Source: Eledone cirrhosa (Eukaryota). From it: a stretch of 64,000 bases of DNA. The stretch lies in contig OZ024742.1 in assembly GCA_964016885.1 (NCBI GenBank), positions 283,836,001 through 283,900,000 of the forward strand. Direction: 5' to 3'. A program made the translations under genes and the position numbers. The notes below the pieces were generated by a model. That model was given only the letters and a program-made list of their open reading frames with translations. It did not search any database and had not been told where the DNA came from. Shown here piece by piece: positions 53,479 to 64,000 of the stretch (position 1 is the first letter of the stretch; each line of letters opens with the position of its first letter).

Positions 53479-56400
53479 AGATAGATAGATATATTTCTTT
53501 ATTTGCCACAAGGGCGCACAAGAAAAGGGAACAATGCAAAGACATGCCGGGGATTTTACATACAGTCGTGTAAAAAATATAAAAACAAACAATTACAACA
53601 ATCAAAATCCCCAATAGGGGGGGAAGTGCCACAAATGGGTTGTTTAATACCCCGTCGATAGAACAACCCTCAACTGTAGGAGCGTGTTGTGCAAGTGCTC
53701 CTTTCTTCCTTTTGCTCTCTTCTTCAACCTACAGGCTTATAAACAGAGAAGGCCCAATCACTCGGGCCATTTTCGCTTCATTCACCCACCTTTCAGTAAA
53801 TTTACTGGGGTGCAGTGCCTCTCTCTCCACTCTGATTCTCCTTCTAAAGTGATACTTAAATAAGGGAATCAATTGTTGTCCGGAGAGAAAGGCATCTGTC
53901 CTCAGTCCTCTTAATCTCGTCCACCATATAACTTCTTTCACCATAACCACCGTACAGAGGAAAACCGCCTCTCTTTCGTTTTTGAAATAGGGTGGCAGTT
54001 TGATCCTTACTATGGACTCGGCAGTCAACTGGATTTGTCCCATACGCGACAGCAGTTGTTCTGCATAGTCCCACAGGTCGGTTACGCCTGGGCAGTGTAC
54101 AATTGCGTGCAGGACTGTTTCAACACTCCGTGTTCGAGAGACGCGGCAGGCCGTCGAAGTATGAACTAAAGTCCATTGCCCCGTTCGGCTCACCGTCGTT
54201 CTGCTCAAACAGTCGCGCAAAGTGCCGCTGAAAGGCCGCGCACATTTGCTGGGGGTCAAGTAGCACGCGTCCGTTTTTGGTCTTTCAAAGACCGAATCGT
54301 GGACTTGTTGCCACTTTTTGCCTCCGCCACTCGGGCCCAGCTGACAGCTTTCGCTCCTTCGTTTCCTAGAGCACGGGTTTTGCTTCTGACCACGCAGCCT
54401 TCGTGTTTCGCATCGAAGAACTGGTCCAGTGCCGTTCTCGACGCTAACACTCTAGCCGCGTTGCTACTTCTAAGTGCCTCTACCTTGGCTACTAGTTCTC
54501 TTTCTATTCTGCTTTTTTCTCTAAGGCTAACTCTCTGCTAAACCCTATCGATTCTATTCTAATTGCTTTCTTGAGAGAGTACCACCATCTATCGTTGACG
54601 ATGGCTCCCGTTAACTGTTGCTTGACTAGTCTACTTATCAGTTCACTGTAAGCTTTACGTGCCCGCAATGACAGGTTCAGCTTCCAGTATCCGGGTCCCT
54701 GTCTATGTGTTCTATCACGGTTGACTAAGCAGACGACTAACTTGTGATCTGAATAGGCAACCATGTGCATTCGTGGACAGCTTAACATCTCCTTGTCCCT
54801 TTCCCTAATGAAGAACCTATCTAAATACGATCTAGATGCCCCACTGCGGTTTGCCCACGTCCACTGTGGTGCAGTCGGGAAATCCAGTCGATACCTATCG
54901 GCCAGTTGGAATTGGCCGATTAAAGTTTTGAGGCTGTTGCAACCCGCTCTACTGGGACATGCTCCCACATAGTCCCATCGTGCATCTAGGATACCATTCC
55001 AGTCCTCCACTAAAAGTAAGGAGCGAGACGTTCCCAGAAAGGACTCTAGACGCTTAAAGAAGTCTGGCCGTGATTGCGATTGCCCGGTCGGGGCATAAAC
55101 GGCTACCAGTCTGAAGGCTCGACCTCCAATACTGTTCACGTCTAGGACTACCAGTCTACCCTCCGGGTCCAAGTGTACTTGCTGTACTTCGACGTCCAGG
55201 TTCTTCCGAAACATGACAACCACTCCACCCCCACCTCCTGGCTGACAGAGAGATGCGTAGATCTCAAAGTCGTCGAAGATGGGGGTTAGTTGCTGCCTGT
55301 TGTGGATCCTGGACTCGGTGATGGCTATCACACTGTGTGACCTAAGGTCGTTTAAAAGTTGGCCCTCTTTCCAGGGCATCCCTAGGCCACGCACATTCAC
55401 GCTTCCAACTCGTAAACTAGCCATGTTGGTGTAGAAAAGTTGGTGAAAAGGGACGAAAGGTGCACTTACCTTTTCGTTTCCTGGAGATCGGGTTGTTCAA
55501 TCTAAATTTGGGTGCTGGATGGTGTGTTGGGTGGGGTGGGGAAACATTTTAACAGGACGCGGTTGATGGGTTTCTGGCAGGGGTTGCCCACGTCCTGTGA
55601 AAATTTATTTTTTAGGTCATTATAGGTTTCCATAGAAACCCTTATAAGTTTAAGGTATGGAGACGATTCTGCCTTGACGAAAGTTTTGCCCTCCGTCTCC
55701 ACCTTGGGATTTTGGGAGATGACCTCCATCAAACTCTTGTTGTTTGTGTTGATGTATGCGTATTGTTGTTTGTGTTTTTGTTGTGTTGTTTTAGTTTGTT
55801 GTTCGTCCGGGAGTTTTCTTTTTATGGTGGGTGCTTGTGTTTGGGGTGGTGTTGGTGCTGGTTTTGCTGATAGGGGGATATTTGACTGTGGTGTTGTTTG
55901 TGTTGTTGTTTGTGTCTGTGGTTGTGTGTTGGTGTTGGTGATTGGAGTTTGGGGGGTTTTGTGGTGTCTCTTTTTTTGTTTTTTAGATTTCCGCTGTTCT
56001 CCCTCTTCTTCACTTAAAGAAGGAGAAGCAGCTTCATCCGTCGATGAATAATCATCGTCAGGTGTGTGGGGTAGGGGTATGTTGTGTGGTGGTGGTTTTT
56101 CGGTGTGTGTGTTTGTGATAGTGTTTGATGGAGCGGGATGGAGTGGGGCTGTGTTCTTCAGGGGTGTTGTCTCTGTTTTTTCTGTTGTTGGTTGAGTGTC
56201 TGTTTGTTTTGGTGTGGTTGCCCGTTTCGTCTGTCATTGTACTTGTGGTGGTGGTGGTTGCTTTGGTGTTGGTGTTGGTAACAGTGTTTTCTTTTGTATT
56301 GTTTTGGTTGAGCGTGTTTGTAAAGGGCAGGAGGCCTTTAGGTGTGTGGTGTTATTGCAACGAAAGCAATGTGGTTTTCGTCCCTCAACTACAATGTTTA

Positions 56401-57016
56401 TGTGGCTGTTGTTGTCCACCATCACTTTTTCTGGTATTTCGGAGATTCTTTCCGGGCTCATTTGCACCAGAATCTCCAAATTTGTACCAGACCAGGTGTG
56501 TCTGGTTGACTTTTTGATGGAGAGAATAGTGTCTTTTCTCTCCTCTAAAAATCCTGCCAATATCCACCAAATATTAATATTTGGTGGTATGTTTGAAACT
56601 CTAATTTTTTGTGTTCTTTTCCCAGGTATGTAGGGAAAAGGTGTATTTTTGTGACAGTATTGGCGTCACTGAATATCTTTGTGCAAGATCCTCGCTTTTG
56701 AGGAGCACCGAAATACTCCCGTACTGTTTGGCCCTCTGCATAAAGTCAATGTCTGGCAATATCTTTATTAAGGTTGCCTCAATTTCCCCTTGACTGAGGA
56801 ATGCTGTTTTTTTGTTTCATTTGAAACAGTTCTGAAGGTGATTATCCTTCGAAATGTTTCCAGGCGAATTTCTGGGAATGAGTTTATCTGAAATCCCCCA
56901 TTTTCACCGAAAATGATAAACTCCTTTGCTTCAAAGAGCATCTGTTTCGCATTGGAGATATCGAGATCCGTGAAATCTTGTGTCTTGGTGACTGTTTGCG
57001 CAAAAGTTTTTTTTGG

Positions 57017-57056
<40 letters not shown>

Positions 57057-57880
57057 ATTGTGGTTGTGGTTGTCGGGTTTTCCGTTTGTAGTTGTGTCAA
57101 TGGTTTTATTTTCTGTTGTTTTTTCCGTCTGTTGTACTATGTGTGGTTCGATCTTGTTTTTATTTTTGTTGTTCATATTGGTTTCCATGGTGACGCCAAT
57201 ACATGCGGAGTTAGAAGTAACGTTATTATTATTATTTGTGAGTTCAAATCCCGCCGAGGTTAACTTTGCCTTTCATCCTTATGGGGTTGATAAAATAAAG
57301 TACCAGTGGTTAATAAAGTACCACTGGTTAATTGCTGGCCTTGTGCCAAAAGTAGAAACAATTATTATTATTTGTGACTGTTTCTGTATAAGTTATTTTG
57401 TTGTTGTTGTTGTTGTTGTTGTTGTGGTTGTCGGGTTTTCCGTTTGTAGTTGTGTCAATTGTTTTTTCTGTTGATTTTAGTGTGTGTTGTGTACTGTGTG
57501 GTTCACTGTGCGATTCAATTTTGTTTGTGTTGTCTACTTCACTTTCGTTACACAAAGCTTTGTTGTTAACTACCTCGATACAGGCAGAATTTTTAGCAAC
57601 GTTAAAGTCTATTTCTTTTCTTTTTCCTTCTTCAACGTTCGCTAGCGTTCCTTGAACGCTTGCCATAGCTGATGGCAAAATATTAAAAAAAATTTTAAAC
57701 AGTTTTCAAATTAATTTCAAATTAAATGTTCGCCCCTTTGGGGGCGAAAAATAAGATTGCCACCAAGCTGAAATTCAGCCTGGGGGTTAATCTACAAAAT
57801 GTTAAGTTTTTTCAAACAATTAGTTCGTTTTTTTGTATAGAAATTAACAAAAAAGCTTACCGGCGATGTTCCACGCGTCA
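53479..57880 (-). mobile_element. Tx1/L1-clade LINE A: 5' UTR, ORF1 (ATG 57666 to stop 55466, disrupted), ORF2 (ATG 55424) with most of the RT deleted at ~54126
   Basis: CFRCNNTTHLKASC gag knuckle; APE motifs SVNVRGL, VYAP, DWN, YLDR, SDH, GYWKLN; LPRLSNTE joined directly to VETVLHA; (TCTA)n tail. Confidence 0.9.
57239..57362 (+). mobile_element. Truncated SINE inserted in ORF1 of LINE A
   Basis: gagttcaaatcccgccgagg..gcctttcatccttatggggttgataaaataaagtaccag. Confidence 0.8.
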
Positions 57881-59539
57881 GACAGACGGATAGATATGTT
57901 TCTTTATTAGCCACAGGGGCATAAAAGAAGGGGACAAATACAAAGGGAGAAGTTTACATACAATAAAAACGTGTAAAATATTATCACAAATGCAATTTAA
58001 AAATTAGTCTATTTTCTCCAATAGGAGGAGACAGTTCATATGGGTAACACATACCCCCGAAAAAATGTGCAACCCTCATCTCCAGGAGTACGAAGAGTTT
58101 GTACTCCTTCATTCGGGCCATTCTCGCCACTTTCACCCACCTTTCATAAAACTTGCTGGGGTACAGCACCTCTCTCTCCATCCTGATTCTTCTTCCAAAG
58201 TGATATTTGAAAAAAAGAATGGCCGGAGAGAAAGGTGTCTGACCTCAGCCCTTTCAACTTTGTCCACCATACAACCTCTTTCGCCATAGCTATCACACAA
58301 AGGAAAACCGCCTATCATTCGTTTTTGAAGGAGGGTGGCGGTTTGATCATGACAATGGACTCGGTGGTCAACTGGATTGGTCCCACCTGTGACAATAGTT
58401 GTTCTACATAGCCCCTCAGGTTGGTGACGCCCGGGCAGTGTATGAATGCGTGCGCGACGGTTTCTTCGTCTCGCACGCACCTCGGACAGATCTTTTTTGC
58501 AGGGTCCCTGCCCGGGCGCCCATGTCTGTAGAGCTTGTCTTGAACTGGTAGAGCTCCTCGGTAGCACTGCCAGGCCAGGGACTTTTGGAAGTTGTCCATC
58601 GGTCCCGGGTGGAACGTCCTACCGAACAGACTGGCCAGTTCATCTTCCTCTACGCCTAGAGTTTCACCGAGCGCGTCGTCGCACTTGCTGCAGATCAACC
58701 CTCTATAGAATGACGAAGTGGAGTCTCCACTGATCGCCGGGTCCGCCTGCCAGAGAGCTGTGAGCACATTCGATGTGTCAGTCGCCCATTTTCCTCGGTC
58801 TTTGCTTGATCCAGGACTGCAGCTCGGTCAGCGAGACGAGTTGTGGGAAGGCTCGCCTCACGAACGGAGCCCACACCGGTTGTCCGGTGAGGAATACGTA
58901 GAGATGCCGCAGCCTGAGCGCGTGTTTGCGCATAGTCAGCCACGGCATCTTCAGCCCTCCGTTGGAAGGGTGTTGGCAGCAGATGGATCTTCTCACCAAA
59001 GGAGCCCGCCTCTTCCAAAGGAATTGGAAGAGCGCGCGCTCCATTTTGGTGAGCGTTTTGGCTGGGCAAGGCACGACGGTCAAGCGGTAGTAGATGGCGG
59101 ACGCTATAAAAGTGTTCGCCACCTCCGCTCGACCTTTCAAGGATAGTTTGCACTCGGCCCACTTCTGGGTGAGTGCAAACACCTTGGCCGTCACCTCGTT
59201 CCAGTTCTTCTCCACCTGGAGGTCCGGACCAAACCAGACCCCAAGCAGCTTTACCGGTCCTTCCGTCCAGCGTCAGACGACGCCATCGGAAGGCATCGGT
59301 TTTCCTCTCCACGATCCGAGTTGCAAACTGATGGACTTGTCCCGGTTCAGCTTTGCTCCTGTGAAACTTTCGTATTGCTTCAGTAAGGTGCCGACTTCCT
59401 CGATTTGCGAGGCGCTCGACACCATTACTGTCACGTCGTCGGCGTAGCCCGACGCCGCTTTCCGCAGTTCCGGTTCCAGAGGGATGCCCTGCAATAGCTC
59501 CAACTTCCGCAGTAGTGGCTCGAGAGTCAGTACGTACAG

Positions 59540-59541
<2 letters not shown>
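57881..59541 (-). mobile_element. Tx1/L1-clade LINE B, 5'-truncated within the RT
   Basis: LYVLTLEPLLRKLEL..YADD..MDNFQKSLAWQCYRGALPV..CPRC; its tail abuts the 5' end of LINE A. Confidence 0.9.
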
Positions 59542-59609
<68 letters not shown>

Positions 59610-62600
59610 TATTTCTTTATTTACCATAAAGGTATAAAAAGAAGGGACAAATACAAAGGGGGAGTTTACATAAAACCGAGTAAAAAGGGTATAAAATGAA
59701 AATAATCAAAAACAACCTCAAAAGGGAGGGGACGTGATGGGGGTTGCACCCCCCCCCCCCCCGAAAAAGTGTGCAATCCTTTGCCAGGGAGCACATGGAG
59801 AAGGTGCTCCCCTCTCCTTCACTTCTTTACCTACAGGATGGTATATAGAGAAGGCCCATTTATACGAGCCATTCTTGCCACTATCACCCACCTTTCATAA
59901 AACTGCCTGTGGCCAAGCACCTCTCTCTCCATTCTTATCCTTCTTCCGAAGTGATATCGGAAGAAGTAGACCAGACTATGGCCAGAGAGGAAGTTGCCTG
60001 ACCTCAGACCTTTCAATCGTGTCCACCAAACAACCTCTTTCAACATGGCTATTACGCACAGAAAAACCGCCTTTGCTTCCTTTGTGAAGAGGGGAGGCGG
60101 TTTGATTGTCATAACGGACTCGGCGGTCAATCGAATCGGCGCCACCCGCGACAGCAGTCGTTCGGCGTAGCCCCACAGATCAGCCACGCCCGGACAGTGC
60201 ACCAATGCGTGCGCAACGGTTTCTTCGTGACGCACGCATCTAGGGCAAATCTTTTTCGAGGGATCCCTGCCCGGGCGCCCGTGTCTGTAGAGCTTTTCTC
60301 GAACGGGTAGAGCTCCCCGGTAGCACTGCCAGGCCAGTGACTTCTGGAAGTTGTCCATTGGTCCCGGGCCGAAAGTCCTACCGAACAGGCTGGCCAGTTC
60401 GTCCTCCTCCATGTCCAGCGACTCTCCAAGGGTGTCATCGCCCCTGCTAGCCACCAGCCCTCTATAGAATGACGAGGTGGATTCTCCACCTCGCCCAGTT
60501 TTCCGGATCTTTGCTTGACCCAGGACTGCAGCTCGGTGAGCGAGACGAGTCCCGGAAAGGCTCGTTTCACGAACGGAGCCCACACCGGTTGACCAGTGAG
60601 GAATACCTGTAGGTGCTGTAGCCTTAATGTGTGCCTACGCATCATCAACCACGGCATCCCCAGCCCTCCTTTCGAAGGTTGTTGGCAGCAGATGGATCTT
60701 CTCACCATAGGAGAGCGCTTCTTCCAAAGAAATTGAAAGAGCATGCGTTCCATGGTGGTGAGTGTTTCCTTAGGGAAAGGCACGACAGTCAGGCGGTAGT
60801 AGGTGACGGACGCTATGTAAATGTTCGCCACCTCCGCCCGACCTTTTAGGGACAGCTTACACTTGGCCCATTTCTGGGTTAGTGCAAACACCTTGTTCGT
60901 AACCTCGCCCCAGTTCTTTTCCACCTGGAGGTCCGGTTCAAACCAGACCCCAAGCAACTTCACCGGGCCCTCCGTCCAGTGTCCGACGACACCGTTGGGA
61001 GGCATCGGTCTGCCTCTCCACGTTCCGAGTTGCAGCCCGATGGATTTTTCCCGGTTCAGTTTCGCTCCTGACAACCTTTCGTATTCCTCCAGTAAGGTAC
61101 CGATCGCCTCGATCTCCGAGTCGGTCGATACCATTACTGTTACGTCATCGGCGTAGGCCGACACCGCTTTGCTCAATCCTGGTTCCAGGGGGATACCCTG
61201 CAACAACTCCAACTTCCTCAGTAAAGGCTCGAGAGTCAATACGTACAGAAGGGAGGAGAGAGGGCACCCCTGTCGAATGGATCGTGTGATTTCGAACGGC
61301 TTCGAAAGGTAGCCGTTCACCTTGATCCTAGAACAGATGTGGTTGCTATGTAAGGCAGTGATCCAGCCTCTGAAAACAGGACCGAACCCAGCCGCCGCTA
61401 GCACCGCATCCAGGTAACCATGGTCGACCCTATCGAACGCCTTAGACTGATCCAAGTTGATCAGGGCCCCACCGAAGCCGGGTTTGTTGCCAACCCTCTC
61501 TATGATGTATCGCATGAGGTGGAGGTTGTCGTGAATGGACCTGGATGGGATAGCATATGTCTGCGCATCTCCCACCAGGCCACCCACGACAAGCGCCAAC
61601 CTCTTTGCTAAGACCTTGGCCAAAATCTTTAACTCTGTGTTTAGCAGGGTTATGGGCCGAAAATTATTTATACTATCCCCCTTGTTCTTGTCCTTCCTCA
61701 CCAGCGAGACTACGCCCTTGGCTACAGAACAAGGAATTCTCCCGTTCTGCTGCCAATTGCAGTAGACTACTTCGAGGAGTTCGGAGAAGAAGACCGGCAT
61801 TGCTAAATAAAATTCGTAAGGTATACTATCGAGACCTGGAGATTTGCGTCTGCTGCATTGGCTCAGCGCATCCCCGATCTCATCAGCCGAGATTGGTCCC
61901 TCGCAGGACTCTGCCTCTTCGCTCGAGAGACGCGGCAGGCCGTCGAGGTATGGACCGAAATCCATGTCCCCGGCCGGACCCTCGCCTCCCCCGAATAATC
62001 GGGCAAAGTGCCTTTGAAAGGCCTCGCACATCTTCTTAGGCTCCCGGATCACCCGTTCATCCTCGTCTTGCAAAGACCGGATGGTGGATCGATTTCCACT
62101 CTTAGCTTCTGTCACGCGGGCCCAGCCAACGGCTTTGGCCCCCTCATTACCTAGAGCACGTATTTTACTTCGAATGACGCAGCCTTCGTGCTTTGCATCG
62201 AAAAACTGGCTCAAGGCCGTCCTCGATGCCAGCACTCTGGCCACATCTTCGCTCTTGGTTGCCTCTTCTAATTTACCTGTTAATTCTTTCTCGTTCCTAT
62301 TCCTATCGGCAGCTAACATCTTGTTATAACTTATTGATTCTGTTCTAATCTCTCTTTTGAGAGATGCCCACCATCGGTTGTTGACGATTGCACCCGTCAA
62401 CCTCTCCTTAACTAATTTGCTAATCCGGTCTCTGTAAGCCTCTTTTGTCGGTAAAGACAAATTAAGTTTCCAGTAACCGGGACCCTGTCTATGTGTTTTC
62501 TCGAGATTGACTACGCAGGTCACTAATTTGTGATCTGTATAGCCAACCGTGAGCATTTCTGGACAGCTTAATATGTCCCTATCCTTACTTCTAACTAAGA

Positions 62601-64000
62601 ATCTATCTAAGTACGATCTAGATTGACCACTGTGGTTCGTCCAAGTCCAGGTTGGCACAGTTGGAAAATCTAGTCGATATCTATCGACCAAGTTAAAACG
62701 GTCGAGTAACCCCTTGAGGCTGTTACACCCCCTCTATTAGGACATGCTCCTGCATAGTCCCAACGTGCATCTATGATGTCATTCCAATCCCCCGCTAGAA
62801 GCAGGAAACGCGACGTTCCCAGAAAAGTCTCCAGACGCTGGAAGAAGTCGGGTCGTTCAGCTCCGAAAGGGGAGTAGACGGCGACCAGTCTCAAGGCCTC
62901 ACCTCCACTACTGCCAACGTCTAGCACCAACAAACGACCTTCCGGGTCCGAGTGAACAACCTGTACGGCGAGACCCAGGTGTTTTTCCAGCAGTACGACA
63001 ACCCCACCCCCACCTCCAGGTTGACAGAGAGATGCATGCACCTCAAAGTCATCGAAAGTAGGGGCCAGCTGCCGCACGACGCTGATCCGAGTTACATTTA
63101 TACCACGTGACCTGAGGTCATTTAGAAGCTTTGCTTGCTTTCAAGTTGAGCCCAGGCCACGTGCATTCAAACATCCTACTCTTAACACATCCATGTGGGC
63201 GGCAAAGCCAAAGGAAAGTGTAGAGACCTACCTTTCTGCTTCCCGGGGTTCGGGTCGCACGACTTCCATGGGGTCGAGGGTGTTGGGTGAAGGGGTGTCT
63301 TGTGGTGGTGTGGGATCGTCAGTGTGTGGTGGGGTTGGGGTGTTTGGAGTTGTGTTGGGGAGGGGAAGGGGAGGGGGAAAGCTTTTTAGGAGGACGCGGT
63401 TTATGGGTTTGACAGAGGGTGGTCCTACGTCCTCCTTAAAATCCTTTTTTAGTTTTTGGTAGAGGTTCATTGGGATCTTTATTAATTTTAAATGTGGGTA
63501 GTTTTCTGAAGAAACAAAGTTTACCCCTTCGGTTTGTACCGAAGGGTTATTGTTTATGAGTTCATTTAATTTATTATTGTTTCTGTTGATGTAAGTATAG
63601 TGTAATGTCTTTTTTTTCGGATGGTGTGAGTGTTTCGAAGAGGGGGCGGGGGCAGGTTTGGTTTTGTTTGTTGCTGGAGGGGTGTTTTGTGTTTTGTTGG
63701 ATTGTGTTGACATTTGGGTAGGGGCTGTTTGGCCTTATGTGTTTTGCACATGTTTTCTTTTTTTCCTTTTAATCTGTCTGAAGGACTCCATTTCTTCCTC
63801 CGAATTCGTTGGGTTATCTTCAGTGTTGGAGGGAAGAGGTATGTTTGCTGGTAATGTTTCCGTGTTGGTTTTCTTTGTGGGGGAGATGGATGTCACTATG
63901 TTAGACTGTGTTGTGTGTTGTGGCTGCGGTGGTTGTGTTGTTTTATTGAGTGAGGGGTTGGGTGGGACTGTGTTTTGTTGTTTGTTTATTTGTTGTGGTG
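59542..64000 (-). mobile_element. Tx1/L1-clade LINE C: ORF1 C-terminus (stop 63228), ORF2 (ATG 63194 to ~59831, few lesions), long (TCTA)n tail; continues beyond the window
   Basis: 854-aa open RT segment 60127-62691; APE N-terminus MDVLRVGCLNARGL; AATAAAgaaatata(tcta)n. Confidence 0.93.

Overview
Eukaryotic, very AT-rich and microsatellite-dense DNA; the SINE and LINE content suggests a coleoid cephalopod such as Octopus (inference). One host gene is recognisable: three coding exons (23509-23715, 26840-26989, 30646-31011, + strand) of a divergent MMACHC/CblC cobalamin-processing homologue, whose first exon was not found in the window. Nearly everything else is transposon-derived: four Tx1/L1-clade LINEs (three head-to-tail at 53.5-64 kb), RTE LINEs, a decayed Helitron, about ten Penelope-like (PLE) fragments, SINEs and MITEs. 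Three signals stand out. (1) More than 15 intact or decayed type I hammerhead ribozyme (HHR) motifs occur in several unrelated non-coding families, including a young 312-bp tandem retrozyme-like array and a 723-bp unit with a branched stem II; many are inserted as fold-backs next to (TA)n. (2) Candidate 51-53 nt spliceosomal introns would remove the ORF1 stop and fuse ORF1 to ORF2 in frame in two diverged Tx1 elements. (3) The MMACHC homologue lacks residues equivalent to human R161, R206 and the PNRRP loop. Most ORFs in the supplied track are microsatellite artefacts. All calls were made by eye and no searches were run.
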